DNA from: an uncultured archaeon
Lineage (GTDB): Archaea; Asgardarchaeota; Lokiarchaeia; Sigyniarchaeales; SOKP01
Reading direction: 5' to 3'
Assembly (NCBI GenBank): GCA_964486045.1
Contig: CAZALK010000009.1
Span: 32,001 to 96,000 of the forward strand
Length of the DNA stretch: 64,000 nt
A program made the translations under genes and the position numbers. The notes beneath the pieces were generated by a model. It had not been told where the DNA came from. It did not search any database and worked only from the letters and a program-made list of their open reading frames with translations. Shown in pieces: positions 1-10,295 of the stretch. How positions within the stretch are numbered: position 1 is the first letter of the stretch; each line of letters opens with the position of its first letter.

Positions 1-825
1 AGATATCCAATCTATCAAAGAAGCATATTCTAACATGACAGTCTTAATACGCTTAATATCGCCTATAATAGTTTCAGCACAAATCCCTGCCTGGTCAATT
101 TGCTGTGTAAATGCATCAAAATACTCGTTTTCTGCCTTATCCCATCGATGTACTGCAGACTTTGGGAAGTTTATCTCTTCCTTATATTCATATGGGTTGT
201 GTACTATTGCTACTGAAATCAATGCTGAGATAAATAATTCACCTACAATTCCTACTTCTCTATGTGCTATCAACGCATCTTGAAGTGATAAATCCAAGCA
301 TGGTTGTAATAATTCTAGATCACTTTTGGATTTTTTATACCAGCCCCATGCAGGGAGTAACATTCCATATAATTCTCCCTTCATTTGTGCTCCAATCCAA
401 TCAGCATACTCATTCCCAAATACTTTACCATCATGTTCATATACATAATCACCCGCATGTTCCCATGGAACACCATTTTTCGCGTTATCATAAGCAGCTT
501 TTTCTGCTGTAAATACATACTGAGGGAGTAAATACTTCAACCAAAATGATCCAAGATAATCTGGTTCCAAAATTGTTCCAGCTTTAAACCTCTTCGCAAA
601 TTCTTCATCATCTAAAGCTTCTAATGCTAATATAGATATCAATTCATATTGTTCATCATCATTTATACCTTGTCTATGATGTATGCTCCATCCACTTAAA
701 GGAGGGTGCATATTAATAATAATTCTGCGATCTCTTCCCTCAACAGGCATTCCAAAAGTCCCACCTGCTACTTTGCCAGTCCAACTCCCCCAAATTTTTT
801 GGAGTAAAAAGTCTTTATCTACCAT
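1..825 (-). CDS. ADP-ribosylglycohydrolase (ARH/DraG) family protein, 3'-partial; missing from the ORF track
   Basis: Manual translation from ATG 825: MVDKDFLLQKIWGSWTGKVAGGTFGMPVEG...INDDEQY...FTAEKAAYDN...DWIGAQMKGELYG. These are family motifs, and the frame stays open to the window edge. Confidence 0.8.
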   Translation of the reverse strand, partial: MVDKDFLLQKIWGSWTGKVAGGTFGMPVEGRDRRIIINMHPPLSGWSIHHRQGINDDEQYELISILALEALDDEEFAKRFKAGTILEPDYLGSFWLKYLLPQYVFTAEKAAYDNAKNGVPWEHAGDYVYEHDGKVFGNEYADWIGAQMKGELYGMLLPAWGWYKKSKSDLELLQPCLDLSLQDALIAHREVGIVGELFISALISVAIVHNPYEYKEEINFPKSAVHRWDKAENEYFDAFTQQIDQAGICAETIIGDIKRIKTVMLEYASLIDWIS

Positions 826-997
826 AAGTAAATCTCATTTTTCTTTTTATTTTAATTTTATTTTAATTATATATGATTCAAATTAGAAGAAGTAATATAA
901 TACTGAGAGAGATTAGAACTAAGCATTACGAGTTTTACCACCTAAAATATTTTTATAGGGATTCCAAGCATCTTGAATCAATTTTGGATCATTTTTT

Positions 998-2524
998 CTA
1001 CATAATTCCATTCCAAGCAATTCTTTCTTTTCCATACGGATCATCAACTACTTTTATCTCCTTGCCCAAAATCATTGTACTACGTTTTTCTGTGTTATAT
1101 TTAGGCCATTCTGGTATACCGCTGTGAGAAGGATTTCCTGTTCGAGCAAACGCTATCCATGAATCCATAATTTTTTCACTGTGTTTCTTCGCTTCTTCAC
1201 TCGTATCCGAAAATTTGTTCCAATCTGGATTATCAAACATACCAAATACGAAAGGTATTTCACAAGTATGGAAGGCTCCGAATTTTCCGTCCATAAATGT
1301 AGAGGGCCATGTAAACAAATACATATAAGTATTAGGATTTTGTGTAGATTGAGCCTCTGCCGTTCGTATGGCAGCAATGCGAAACTCAAAGTCGGTTAAA
1401 AATGCATCTATTACTACTTGGGGGGATAAAGAGCTTTCATCTTTCCTTGTTTCTCTGTATGCATTTATTAAACTTACTACTTTATCCTCATTTTGACCGA
1501 GAGATTTCATAACAAGTTTTATCCAGTTATGCATCCCATTTTCACTTACTTCCTTGAAATCGGAATCATCGTTAGGATCAGGTTTCATCGATGTAGATTC
1601 ATTCAAATTTGTACCAACTAGCAGATCAACCTCTGCTGCAGCACCCTTACGGATCAAGTCTAGAGGGTGTTCGAGAATATACTCCCCATCAATGTAGGGG
1701 GGACTTACTAAAGGCCATGGTTTTAATTCTTTCTCTACTTTTTCTATCCAAGCTTTTGATTCAGCATTAACGAGTTCGTATGCAGAAATTTTACGTAGTG
1801 CTTCTAGATCACCATCTTGAATCCCTACTTCTGAAAGTACACGCTCGCTTAAATCTTTACCTTCAGAAACTCTGAAACCCGCAGGATTGCAGGCTCCGCT
1901 CTGGGCTATCGCTCTATGGAACAGACCCTTAGCTTCGGGTATTGTTAATAATGTTGACACAGACCAACCGCCCGCACTTTCTCCAAAAATCGTTACCCGC
2001 GCAGGATCCCCTCCGAAATTCTCGATATTATCACGAACCCATTTCAAGGCTGTAATTTGATCAAGTAATCCTACATTTGAAGTGATACCCGGTATAAAAG
2101 AAAACCCTAGAGCGTTTAATCTATAGTTTAATGTAACTACTACCACATTTCCCCTTTTTGCTAGGAATGTACCATCGTATGAACGTTGGCTATGGCTTCT
2201 TAATCCTCCACCATGGATCCAGACCATTACTGGACGTTTATCCCGATCGGTGGAAGGTGTCCAAATATTCAAGTTAAGACAATCGGGTTCACTTTGCGGA
2301 TTCGGTTGACTTAGTAATTTTGGAGAGATAACTTGAGGACAGATAGGGCCAAATTCAGTTGCTAAAAATACTCCCGGAAATCGCTTCGCGGGAACAGGGG
2401 GGTTAAAACGTAAATCTCCTACCACCCTTTCGGCATAAGGTATTCCTTTAAATATCTCTATATCCTCATCTTTAATACCCTGAATTTTACCTGCTTTTGT
2501 ATCAACGATTTTGGTTCTTTCCAT
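998..2524 (-). CDS. Carboxylesterase type B (PnbA-like)
   Basis: SEPDCLNLNIW, WIHGGG oxyanion loop, FGESAGG nucleophile elbow, GAFHTCE catalytic His. Confidence 0.93.
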   Translation of the reverse strand: MERTKIVDTKAGKIQGIKDEDIEIFKGIPYAERVVGDLRFNPPVPAKRFPGVFLATEFGPICPQVISPKLLSQPNPQSEPDCLNLNIWTPSTDRDKRPVMVWIHGGGLRSHSQRSYDGTFLAKRGNVVVVTLNYRLNALGFSFIPGITSNVGLLDQITALKWVRDNIENFGGDPARVTIFGESAGGWSVSTLLTIPEAKGLFHRAIAQSGACNPAGFRVSEGKDLSERVLSEVGIQDGDLEALRKISAYELVNAESKAWIEKVEKELKPWPLVSPPYIDGEYILEHPLDLIRKGAAAEVDLLVGTNLNESTSMKPDPNDDSDFKEVSENGMHNWIKLVMKSLGQNEDKVVSLINAYRETRKDESSLSPQVVIDAFLTDFEFRIAAIRTAEAQSTQNPNTYMYLFTWPSTFMDGKFGAFHTCEIPFVFGMFDNPDWNKFSDTSEEAKKHSEKIMDSWIAFARTGNPSHSGIPEWPKYNTEKRSTMILGKEIKVVDDPYGKERIAWNGIM

Positions 2525-2684
2525 ATTTTTTTCATCTTTTTTACAATGTGCTCTAAAAGTGGATTATTTTACAATGATTATCTAATTTATAGTTTTTTTT
2601 TTTTAAAATTGCTTAAAAAATATATTAAAGTAATGTAAATAATAGTTTAAATATAGCGTTTAATAAGTAGGAGAGAATGGTTAG

Positions 2685-3716
2685 ATGAGGTTTAGTAGTT
2701 TATCAATGATAGGCACAACACATTTAAGGTGTACGGATTGCATTATAGCTGCTTTACTTGTTCATCCAAACTATCAAATAAATAAAAATCTTATCTATGA
2801 AGCACAAAAAATTATGTTAGGTCATAGAGGAAAATGGGCTTATGCATTTCATTTACCAAAAAAAGAGGTAAAAGAAGAATTTACGAAATGCTTACCTGAC
2901 ATAATTAAGAAGCAACAATCATCTGGATTGTGGAAAAGAAAGTATGCTAAAGTTTATACTTACGGGCTATTACGAGCATTGAAGCATGCAGAGCTTCTCG
3001 AACAAGATATTTTTCGTTATGATTTATACAAAAGTTTTCGACAGAATACAGACCTTATCAGCATCCTTGTAAGGAAAAATATCATGAACGAAAATAATGT
3101 TAACATAGAAAAGGTTGTGGCAAAATTATTCTCTAATCAACAACAGAATGGTTCTTGGTTTAATAGTCTCTCCGCAACATGTTTTCAACTACTAATTTTG
3201 AACGAATTAGGTATTAGTGCTAACCATGAATTAGTTTCCTTGGCTATCAAATGGATTTTTGATCAGTTTTATAAAACATTTGAGGGAAAAGCAAAGACTT
3301 GGACATTTGATTTTGAGAATATTTTTCTGACAGATAATTATGCTGTTGAACAAAATGGTTTTCAACAAGTTGCTCCAGAACATGGTAGAAACCCTTGCAT
3401 CGGTTCTTTACTGTCTGGTGTTGATAGTTTTATCAGGCAAAATCCTCTAATAACTACTGCTATAGCACTATATACCTTGACTAGGTTAGGATATGGAAAT
3501 GATAAAAGAATAGTAGATGCATATGACAGTCTCTATAACCTTAGAGGTATTCACCTAATTAATGGGGAGATCACAGATAACATTGGTTGGTGTACTGGTT
3601 TATATCGTCCAAAATCATTACATTATGATATAGAAAGATCAGGTGTCAGTTTTGACGATTATTTACAAGTTGTAAAGGAAAGAAAAATCAAGCAAAGAAA
3701 AAATACAATTTACTAA
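2685..3716 (+). CDS. Prenyltransferase/squalene-oxidase-repeat-like (alpha/alpha toroid) hypothetical protein
   Basis: 343-aa ORF with QW-like motifs QQSSGLW and QQQNGSW followed by helical repeats. Confidence 0.5.
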   Translation: MRFSSLSMIGTTHLRCTDCIIAALLVHPNYQINKNLIYEAQKIMLGHRGKWAYAFHLPKKEVKEEFTKCLPDIIKKQQSSGLWKRKYAKVYTYGLLRALKHAELLEQDIFRYDLYKSFRQNTDLISILVRKNIMNENNVNIEKVVAKLFSNQQQNGSWFNSLSATCFQLLILNELGISANHELVSLAIKWIFDQFYKTFEGKAKTWTFDFENIFLTDNYAVEQNGFQQVAPEHGRNPCIGSLLSGVDSFIRQNPLITTAIALYTLTRLGYGNDKRIVDAYDSLYNLRGIHLINGEITDNIGWCTGLYRPKSLHYDIERSGVSFDDYLQVVKERKIKQRKNTIY

Positions 3717-3759
3717 AAATCGTAGCTCAAATCGATGTGAAATAAATTTTTTTTTTTAA

Positions 3760-3801
3760 CATAATTCCATCCCAAAACTTTCTTTCTTTTCCATATGGAT
3801 C
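3760..3801 (-). pseudogene. C-terminal remnant of a carboxylesterase paralog
   Basis: Translates DPYGKERKFWDGIM, against DPYGKERIAWNGIM at the end of 998..2524. No upstream coding part is recognisable. Confidence 0.65.
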
Positions 3802-3919
3802 ACAATTAAATGATGAAAATATTCTTTTCGTGAGGAAAATTATTTTCACCTTTACATATGCTAATTTGAGTGATAATGAAATAGAAAATTTTCAAAAATA
3901 AAGAATTATATTCATAATA

Positions 3920-4633
3920 ATGGATACTGATAAAATATGGAAAGAAGGTGAATGGACAAGTGAAGCACGTCAGATAATTGATGGGCTTAAAAAGTTTCCT
4001 GACAATTCAAAAATAATCCTAATTTTAAGACATTCTCATCGAAATGAAGCAAAAGCATTTGAGAAAGCTCAGAAAGAAAGATTAACACCCCAAGGTCATG
4101 CAATTGCTAAGAAATTCGGCGAAAATTTACCCCGAAGCAGACCTATTAAAAACTTCTATAGCATTATATGGCGATGCGAAGAAACAGCTAAAAATATACA
4201 TGAGGGGTTTAAAAGTATTGGCGGAGCAAGTGAATTAAAGGGAGAACTTAAACCTCTCCAAGATGTTGGAATTGCTGATAGACAATTTTTTTTGAATGAA
4301 TTTACTAATGTTCCTTTTTTTGACATCTTTTATCGATGGGCAGTAGGTTTTTATAATCCTAATGTTTGGACACCGTTCATAGAATATTGTCAATCAACGG
4401 CTCATATTATTCTAGACCAAGTTAAAAGCTCTCCTGAAAATGGGTTAAACATATTTGTTTCTCATGATATGAATGTAATGGCTCTTAGATTTGGATGGTT
4501 TGCGCTTCTACCAACAAAATGGGTGAAATTCCTTGGGGGATTTGCATTCTCGATAGAAGAAGATCAAATCTTACTATTAGATAATAACGAGCTAAAACCA
4601 GTAGCAATTCCACATTGGTGGAAAAAATCATGA
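3920..4633 (+). CDS. Histidine phosphatase superfamily protein
   Basis: LILRHSHR, LTPQG, RCEETA and VSHD motifs. Confidence 0.85.
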   Translation: MDTDKIWKEGEWTSEARQIIDGLKKFPDNSKIILILRHSHRNEAKAFEKAQKERLTPQGHAIAKKFGENLPRSRPIKNFYSIIWRCEETAKNIHEGFKSIGGASELKGELKPLQDVGIADRQFFLNEFTNVPFFDIFYRWAVGFYNPNVWTPFIEYCQSTAHIILDQVKSSPENGLNIFVSHDMNVMALRFGWFALLPTKWVKFLGGFAFSIEEDQILLLDNNELKPVAIPHWWKKS

Positions 4634-4657
4634 AAACTCCAAATTGACATTACTCAA

Positions 4658-5257
4658 TTATCGCCCTAACAATTTATAAAATCGGCTTTTTTGTTCTTCT
4701 GTCATCTCAGTAAGGAGTGGTACACCGTATTCTGTATGTGGAAAATCCTTAACTTCTGGTGAATGAATAAGTCGTCTCGCGGTAATATTATGAAGTCCCT
4801 CACCATCAATCCCCATGAGTGCTTCTCCAATACCAGGTGGCCATACTGGTTTACTTTTAAACGAATTTGTTTTTCTCCCTTTTCCAACCTTAGTCAAACC
4901 ATTGTTTAATATTTCTTCCTCTATAAACCGCTTATTTTGACCTTTAAGGTCGTAGATAAAGGATGAGGCATGTGCTATTAGCGCCCACTCTACACGAGCA
5001 TGAAATCCAGGAAGTTCTAGGCATTCGTCCGGTAATGATGCTCCTCCGCTGACCTTTCCCTTGTGGATCATAAAATGCCAACCTGCTATATCACGCCCAG
5101 CCAAGAGACGTTTCGGTATGAGTGTATATTCTTCGCTAAAACCCCATTCATATTTATTGAGATCTAAATTAGCTTGTTTAATGAGTTTTACACCTGTTTC
5201 AGCAGCAAACTTGCACCACTCTAAAGACCCGAACTCCCATTTTTCAATATCATTCAT
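4658..5257 (-). CDS. Hypothetical protein
   Basis: 199-aa ORF with normal composition, divergent from the PEP-utilising enzyme; no motif recognised. Confidence 0.7.
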   Translation of the reverse strand: MNDIEKWEFGSLEWCKFAAETGVKLIKQANLDLNKYEWGFSEEYTLIPKRLLAGRDIAGWHFMIHKGKVSGGASLPDECLELPGFHARVEWALIAHASSFIYDLKGQNKRFIEEEILNNGLTKVGKGRKTNSFKSKPVWPPGIGEALMGIDGEGLHNITARRLIHSPEVKDFPHTEYGVPLLTEMTEEQKSRFYKLLGR

Positions 5258-5438
5258 ATTTTTTCTCTTCTAAGATTAAATTTGATCTTAAAATACGATA
5301 GTACTGCAAAATTCATTAAATATTTTAAATTTGCTTAAAAAATTATTTAGATATGTAGCCCTCATCCAATTCATCCAATTAAAAAAATTGAAATTGAATG
5401 TATTACTTTCCTAATTATAATTCGAATAGAGGATTAAT

Positions 5439-8267
5439 ATGACTTATAACTATATAATGCCAATTGATACGAAAACATTATCCTTAGAAATGATCGGTGG
5501 TAAAGGAAAGTCTCTAGCAAAGATGGCATCTACAGGAATGTCGGTGCCTTCAGGCTTTTATCTGACGACGTCTGCATACAAGGATTTTATAGAAAAGAAT
5601 AACCTACAAGAAGCTATCATCAATCTAGCAAAGCCTGAAATCATCGGTAGGACAATATCATTCGAATCAGCATCGAAGAATATTCAAAAGCTGATAAAAG
5701 GAGTGGAACTACCTGATGAGATTACTAATGAAATCCGGCAGGCTTACGCTGCATTGAATGGACAGAATCCCGCTGTGGCCGTGCGTTCCTCAGCCAATGC
5801 TGAAGACCTCCCAGATTTATCTTTTGCCGGGCAACAGGATACCTATTTGAACATTAGTGGTGATGAGCCACTGATAACAGCTATACGTGATTGTTGGGCG
5901 TCTCTTTGGACACCACGAGCTATCAGTTACCGGCATCAAATGGGGATTAAACAAGAAGTGGTCGCTATGGCTGTGGTGGTCCAAATCATGGTACCATCGG
6001 ACGTCTCGGGGATACTTTTTACTGCTAATCCAGTTAACGGTGAAAGATCAGAAATCATTATCAATTCAAGTTTTGGTCTAGGTGAGGCGGTAGTTGGTGG
6101 ACAAGTAACACCGGACACCTATGTGGTAGATCGGAAAACACTTACTGTAAAAGAGACTATAATTGGTCCAAAGGCGCAGAAGATTATTTCCAGTGATAAA
6201 CAAGGAACAATATTGCAAGATGTCTCTGAACATGAGCGTAGCCAGTCGTCGTTGTCAGATAATTTACTCAAGGAACTGACATCAGTTGCACTTAATGTAG
6301 AACAGATTTTCGAAGGTGTCCCTCAAGATATCGAATGGGCCATATCTAACGGTAAACTTTGGATGCTACAATCCCGCCCTATAACGAATCTTCCTCCACA
6401 GCCCATAAAGGTTATTTGGGAACCTACTCCACCAGCAAAGATTCTCGCCCGGCGTCAAATCGTAGAAAATATTCCTGACCCTTGTAGTCCGTTATTTGAT
6501 GAGCTGTATCTAACTGAAGGTTTGGAATCTCCTGCAAAAGGACAGAAGCGGAAAAGTTTCTTTGTAGGGGGTGGTCCTATGTTTGTAACAGTAAATGGTT
6601 ATGCCTATCAACGTTTTGATTTTCCACAAGTTGTAGACATACAGAAAGAAATAGACAAGGCTGAAACAGAAGAAGAAAAGGAGGACGTAATTGCAAGGAT
6701 TTGGCAACAATGGGATGATACATACGCACAAATGAGAAATAAAAGCGATTCCACGATGGAACAGCATGACTTGAACTTGTTCTTGGCAGAGATTTCATCC
6801 GAAGATTTAGAGGCATTTAATGAATGGGCCAAAAACGCAGATATCAAAGATATTGCTCATGAGGTGACCATGCCTGAAAGTAAAAATCCAACTTATACCG
6901 CCTTCAATAAGACCCAGATCAATGAGAACCAAATTAAAGGATGGAGTGAAAAAGCGATGCCCGAACTTCTAGCTACGGTGGAGGAATGGCGAAATATTGA
7001 TTATAGAACAGCATCGGATGATGATTTATTGAGAGGAATTAGTGAATTGGCTATTGCTGGGGGAAGGTACTGGGCATCGAATGCGTCGCATACTTTTGGT
7101 GTTGCAAAATCAACAGATGACCAGTTACAAGCATTTCTACGAGAAAACCTACCAGATCATCATTTCATCAGTGGTCACTTCCTGAGTGGTTTTAAATCGA
7201 AAACTTTAGAAGCCAATGAGCACATGTATAAGATTGCCAAGCAGATCCAAGCAGACGATGCGCTCTATGAATTGATGGTTACAACACCGCCTAAACAAAT
7301 GATGAATGCTCTACAAAATCACCCAAACAGTGGTTCAGTGATTAAAGCTATTGAAGATTATCTCAGGATCTATGGACACTTAGGCTACAGCTTGGATTTT
7401 GTTGAATCACTTCCAATTGAAGATCCTTCCGGGCTTCTTAGCACCTTAAAAACCATGATAACTGTCAAGGATTACAACCCAAATAAACATCAAATCGATG
7501 CTGCAGGGAAGCGTGAACAAGCGATGCAGAAGATCGAGCAGCTTCTTGATGGATTGCAGTATTGGCAGTTTCGTTATAGAAATTGGTTCACCCATCGTTT
7601 TTATTTCATCCGCGAGGAAGTTATGTTTTATCTAACTAGTGGTTGGCCAACTCTTCGAATTTTAGCTCTGGAGCTCGGACAGCGTCTTGTAGATGTTGGT
7701 ACAATTAACGCTCCTGATGATGTTTTTTATCTTGTTACCGAAGAACTGACCGAAGCCATAAACGCTCGTAAAGAGAATAAAGCGATACCAGAATATCAAC
7801 AATTAACTGCAAAACGTCGAGAGTTGAGAGAAGCACGCAAACGACTACATCCCCCAGGAACTATTCCAGAAGTAGCAAGCAATAATCCCGGTGTGGCATT
7901 CAAAGAGACACAAGCACGCAATGATCCCAACAGTGATATATTGAAAGGGATTCCGGTTAGTCCCGGCACTGTCACCAGTCCAGTTAGTTTGATTAAATCA
8001 CCAGCAGAATTTGATCAAATGCAACCAGATTCAATTTTAGTCTGTCCGATGACCAACCCCGCATGGACGCCACTATTTGCCCATGCAACCGGATTAGTAA
8101 CTGATATGGGTGGTATTCTGGGGCATGGATCCATCGTTGCGAGGGAATATGGCATCCCGGCCGTTGTGGGAACCGGCACTATTACGCAACGCGTTAAACA
8201 TGGCCAGAAGATCACAGTGGACGGTGATGCTGGTACTGTTAGTCTTATTCAAGATGAAACAATATAA
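5439..8267 (+). CDS. PEP/pyruvate-binding + swivel phospho-His domain protein (rifampin phosphotransferase-like dikinase architecture)
   Basis: GGKGKSL, AVRSSANAEDL, SFAGQQDT, QDIEWA..LQSRPIT; long central helical domain; C-terminal GGILGHGSIVAREYGIPAV. Confidence 0.88.
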   Translation: MTYNYIMPIDTKTLSLEMIGGKGKSLAKMASTGMSVPSGFYLTTSAYKDFIEKNNLQEAIINLAKPEIIGRTISFESASKNIQKLIKGVELPDEITNEIRQAYAALNGQNPAVAVRSSANAEDLPDLSFAGQQDTYLNISGDEPLITAIRDCWASLWTPRAISYRHQMGIKQEVVAMAVVVQIMVPSDVSGILFTANPVNGERSEIIINSSFGLGEAVVGGQVTPDTYVVDRKTLTVKETIIGPKAQKIISSDKQGTILQDVSEHERSQSSLSDNLLKELTSVALNVEQIFEGVPQDIEWAISNGKLWMLQSRPITNLPPQPIKVIWEPTPPAKILARRQIVENIPDPCSPLFDELYLTEGLESPAKGQKRKSFFVGGGPMFVTVNGYAYQRFDFPQVVDIQKEIDKAETEEEKEDVIARIWQQWDDTYAQMRNKSDSTMEQHDLNLFLAEISSEDLEAFNEWAKNADIKDIAHEVTMPESKNPTYTAFNKTQINENQIKGWSEKAMPELLATVEEWRNIDYRTASDDDLLRGISELAIAGGRYWASNASHTFGVAKSTDDQLQAFLRENLPDHHFISGHFLSGFKSKTLEANEHMYKIAKQIQADDALYELMVTTPPKQMMNALQNHPNSGSVIKAIEDYLRIYGHLGYSLDFVESLPIEDPSGLLSTLKTMITVKDYNPNKHQIDAAGKREQAMQKIEQLLDGLQYWQFRYRNWFTHRFYFIREEVMFYLTSGWPTLRILALELGQRLVDVGTINAPDDVFYLVTEELTEAINARKENKAIPEYQQLTAKRRELREARKRLHPPGTIPEVASNNPGVAFKETQARNDPNSDILKGIPVSPGTVTSPVSLIKSPAEFDQMQPDSILVCPMTNPAWTPLFAHATGLVTDMGGILGHGSIVAREYGIPAVVGTGTITQRVKHGQKITVDGDAGTVSLIQDETI

Positions 8268-8274
8268 CTTCAAT

Positions 8275-8304
8275 GATTTTTTTTCTTTTCTTACCTTTTT
8301 CTTT
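8275..8304 (+). terminator. Archaeal oligo-T terminator
   Basis: T-rich tract (TTTTTTTTCTTTTCTTACCTTTTTCTTT) directly after the stop at 8267. Confidence 0.5.
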
Positions 8305-8477
8305 AAGAATTATAAGAACAACTTAATCTTAAATGTTTGATATAAATATTTGAGAATTGTGAGTTAGTAGAACTTTAAGATTGATTTTTTCACTAAAAAG
8401 ACTAAAGAATGACAAAAAATTTTTATTTTAAGTTTTGTTATAACCTTTATTTCAAATTTAAGAAGAACTGACAGAAA

Positions 8478-10211
8478 ATGAATCGAGAGTTTAAGATTGA
8501 AAAACAGTATTTGAATTTTCCAGTTAAACAGGGAAATGAAGGGAGTTTGATACACCTAATTATTGATGGTAATGTTGTACATGAATTTGAAATTTCGCTG
8601 GCGATAACCGAACCTGATTTCTGGATTTTTCTTGATGTTTCTGAATTTAAAGGTAAAAAAGTAACTTTACAAATCATTGAGGAAAACGAAGCATTTAATA
8701 AGATTTACTTGGATGATACATTTCCGGGGGAAGAAAATCTCTACAAAGAAAAACTGCGACCTCAATTTCATTTCTCTACCCGTCGTGGATGGATCAATGA
8801 TCCCAATGGTCTGGTTTATTATGATGGTGAATATCACCTATTTTACCAGCATAATCCCTATGATTGGCATCCTGGTACTAATGAGGTTAATATAACCTGG
8901 GGCCATGCAATAAGCAAAGATCTGATACACTGGAAAGAATTGCGTGATGCCATCCATCCGGATAACCTTGGTGTAGTCTATTCTGGTTCAGCAGTTATTG
9001 ATAAGCTGAATACTACAGGCTTTCAAAGTGGTGATGAAAAACCATTAATATGTATATATACTTCCGCAGGAGGTGGAAGCCCGTTGTCAAAAGGCAAACA
9101 TTTTACACTATCAATCGCATATAGTAATGACAGGGGTAGAACTTTCACTAAATATAGTGGAAATCCTGTTCAAGAAGAAATTGAACCATATAACCGTGAT
9201 CCAAAAGTTATTTGGCATGAGCCATCAAATCAATGGGTAATCGTGTTGTACTTAGATGGAAATGTTGTGGGTTTTTTCACTTCTAAAGACCTTAAATCTT
9301 GGGAACTTCAAAGTAAATATGGAAGAAAAACTCTTTATGAATGCCCAGAACTATTCCAAATGGCCATTGATGGAAATCAACAGAACAAGAAATGGATTCT
9401 GTATGCTGCTAATGGTCGTTATGATATAGGCCAATTTAATGGGAAAAACTTTATTCCTGATACCAAAGGGATTACTTTTAACTACGGGAATTGTTTCTAT
9501 GCATCACAGACTTTCAACAATATCCCTGAAGAAGATGGTAGACGTATTCAAATAGCATGGGGAGTAAATCCCATGCCAGGTATGCCTTTTAATCAACAGA
9601 TGCTTTTTCCTGTTGAACTTACACTAAGAACTACAGAAGATGGACCTCGACTATTTGTTCAACCTATAGATGAAATTAAGAAACTTTACGGTAAGGACTG
9701 GAAATTTCAAGATAAAGTTGTTGAAGAAGGTCACCATTCAATTTTGGAAGAAAAATATGATGAGGGTCTTTATAATATCTCAGCTGAGTTTGAAATCGGG
9801 AGTGCTGAAAGATTTGGAATTTTTATCAATGATATCCAAATTACGTATGAAATCAAGGAGCAAAAGCTCTATTGTCAAGAGCGTTATGCGGAATTAAAAC
9901 CGACGGAAGGCAAAATAAAATTCAGAATACTTGTTGATCGCACAACATTGGAACTTTTCGCCAACGATGGCCAAATCTATATGCCAATCCGTACACATAT
10001 TAACATCGCAGAGATTTCTGAGCTCTATTCAAAATTCGGTACAGATTTTAATATCACAGAACTTGTTGAGCACTTTCCATATAAATTTAATTATGCAGTG
10101 TCGTACACTAAACCTGTCATCATAGGGAAAGGTGATATTATAGTTTTTAGTGAAGGAGGAATAACTAAACTTGTTAAAATGGAAGTTCACGAGCTAAATT
10201 CAATTTGGTAG
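8478..10211 (+). CDS. Glycoside hydrolase family 32 (levanase/fructan beta-fructosidase)
   Basis: WINDPNG, YSGSA, RDPKV and YECP catalytic motifs; no signal peptide. Confidence 0.93.
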   Translation: MNREFKIEKQYLNFPVKQGNEGSLIHLIIDGNVVHEFEISLAITEPDFWIFLDVSEFKGKKVTLQIIEENEAFNKIYLDDTFPGEENLYKEKLRPQFHFSTRRGWINDPNGLVYYDGEYHLFYQHNPYDWHPGTNEVNITWGHAISKDLIHWKELRDAIHPDNLGVVYSGSAVIDKLNTTGFQSGDEKPLICIYTSAGGGSPLSKGKHFTLSIAYSNDRGRTFTKYSGNPVQEEIEPYNRDPKVIWHEPSNQWVIVLYLDGNVVGFFTSKDLKSWELQSKYGRKTLYECPELFQMAIDGNQQNKKWILYAANGRYDIGQFNGKNFIPDTKGITFNYGNCFYASQTFNNIPEEDGRRIQIAWGVNPMPGMPFNQQMLFPVELTLRTTEDGPRLFVQPIDEIKKLYGKDWKFQDKVVEEGHHSILEEKYDEGLYNISAEFEIGSAERFGIFINDIQITYEIKEQKLYCQERYAELKPTEGKIKFRILVDRTTLELFANDGQIYMPIRTHINIAEISELYSKFGTDFNITELVEHFPYKFNYAVSYTKPVIIGKGDIIVFSEGGITKLVKMEVHELNSIW

Positions 10212-10295
10212 TAAATGATTAAACATATTTAGAAGTAAAGGTATTTTTTAACAAAAATTAAAAAAAAAGTGTTAATTATAAATTTTATATTTTTT

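Noticed and set aside
35-1399. Short plus-strand ORFs here, and similar shadow ORFs throughout the track (e.g. 23240, 26752, 50691, 60073)
   Set aside because: They are antisense or alternative-frame shadows of well-supported genes, with no motifs.
5362-5400. TCATCCAAT x2 followed by an imperfect inverse (AATTGAAATTGAATG)
   Set aside because: Only two short units and a single occurrence. It is not a CRISPR or iteron array, and an operator role is unsupported.
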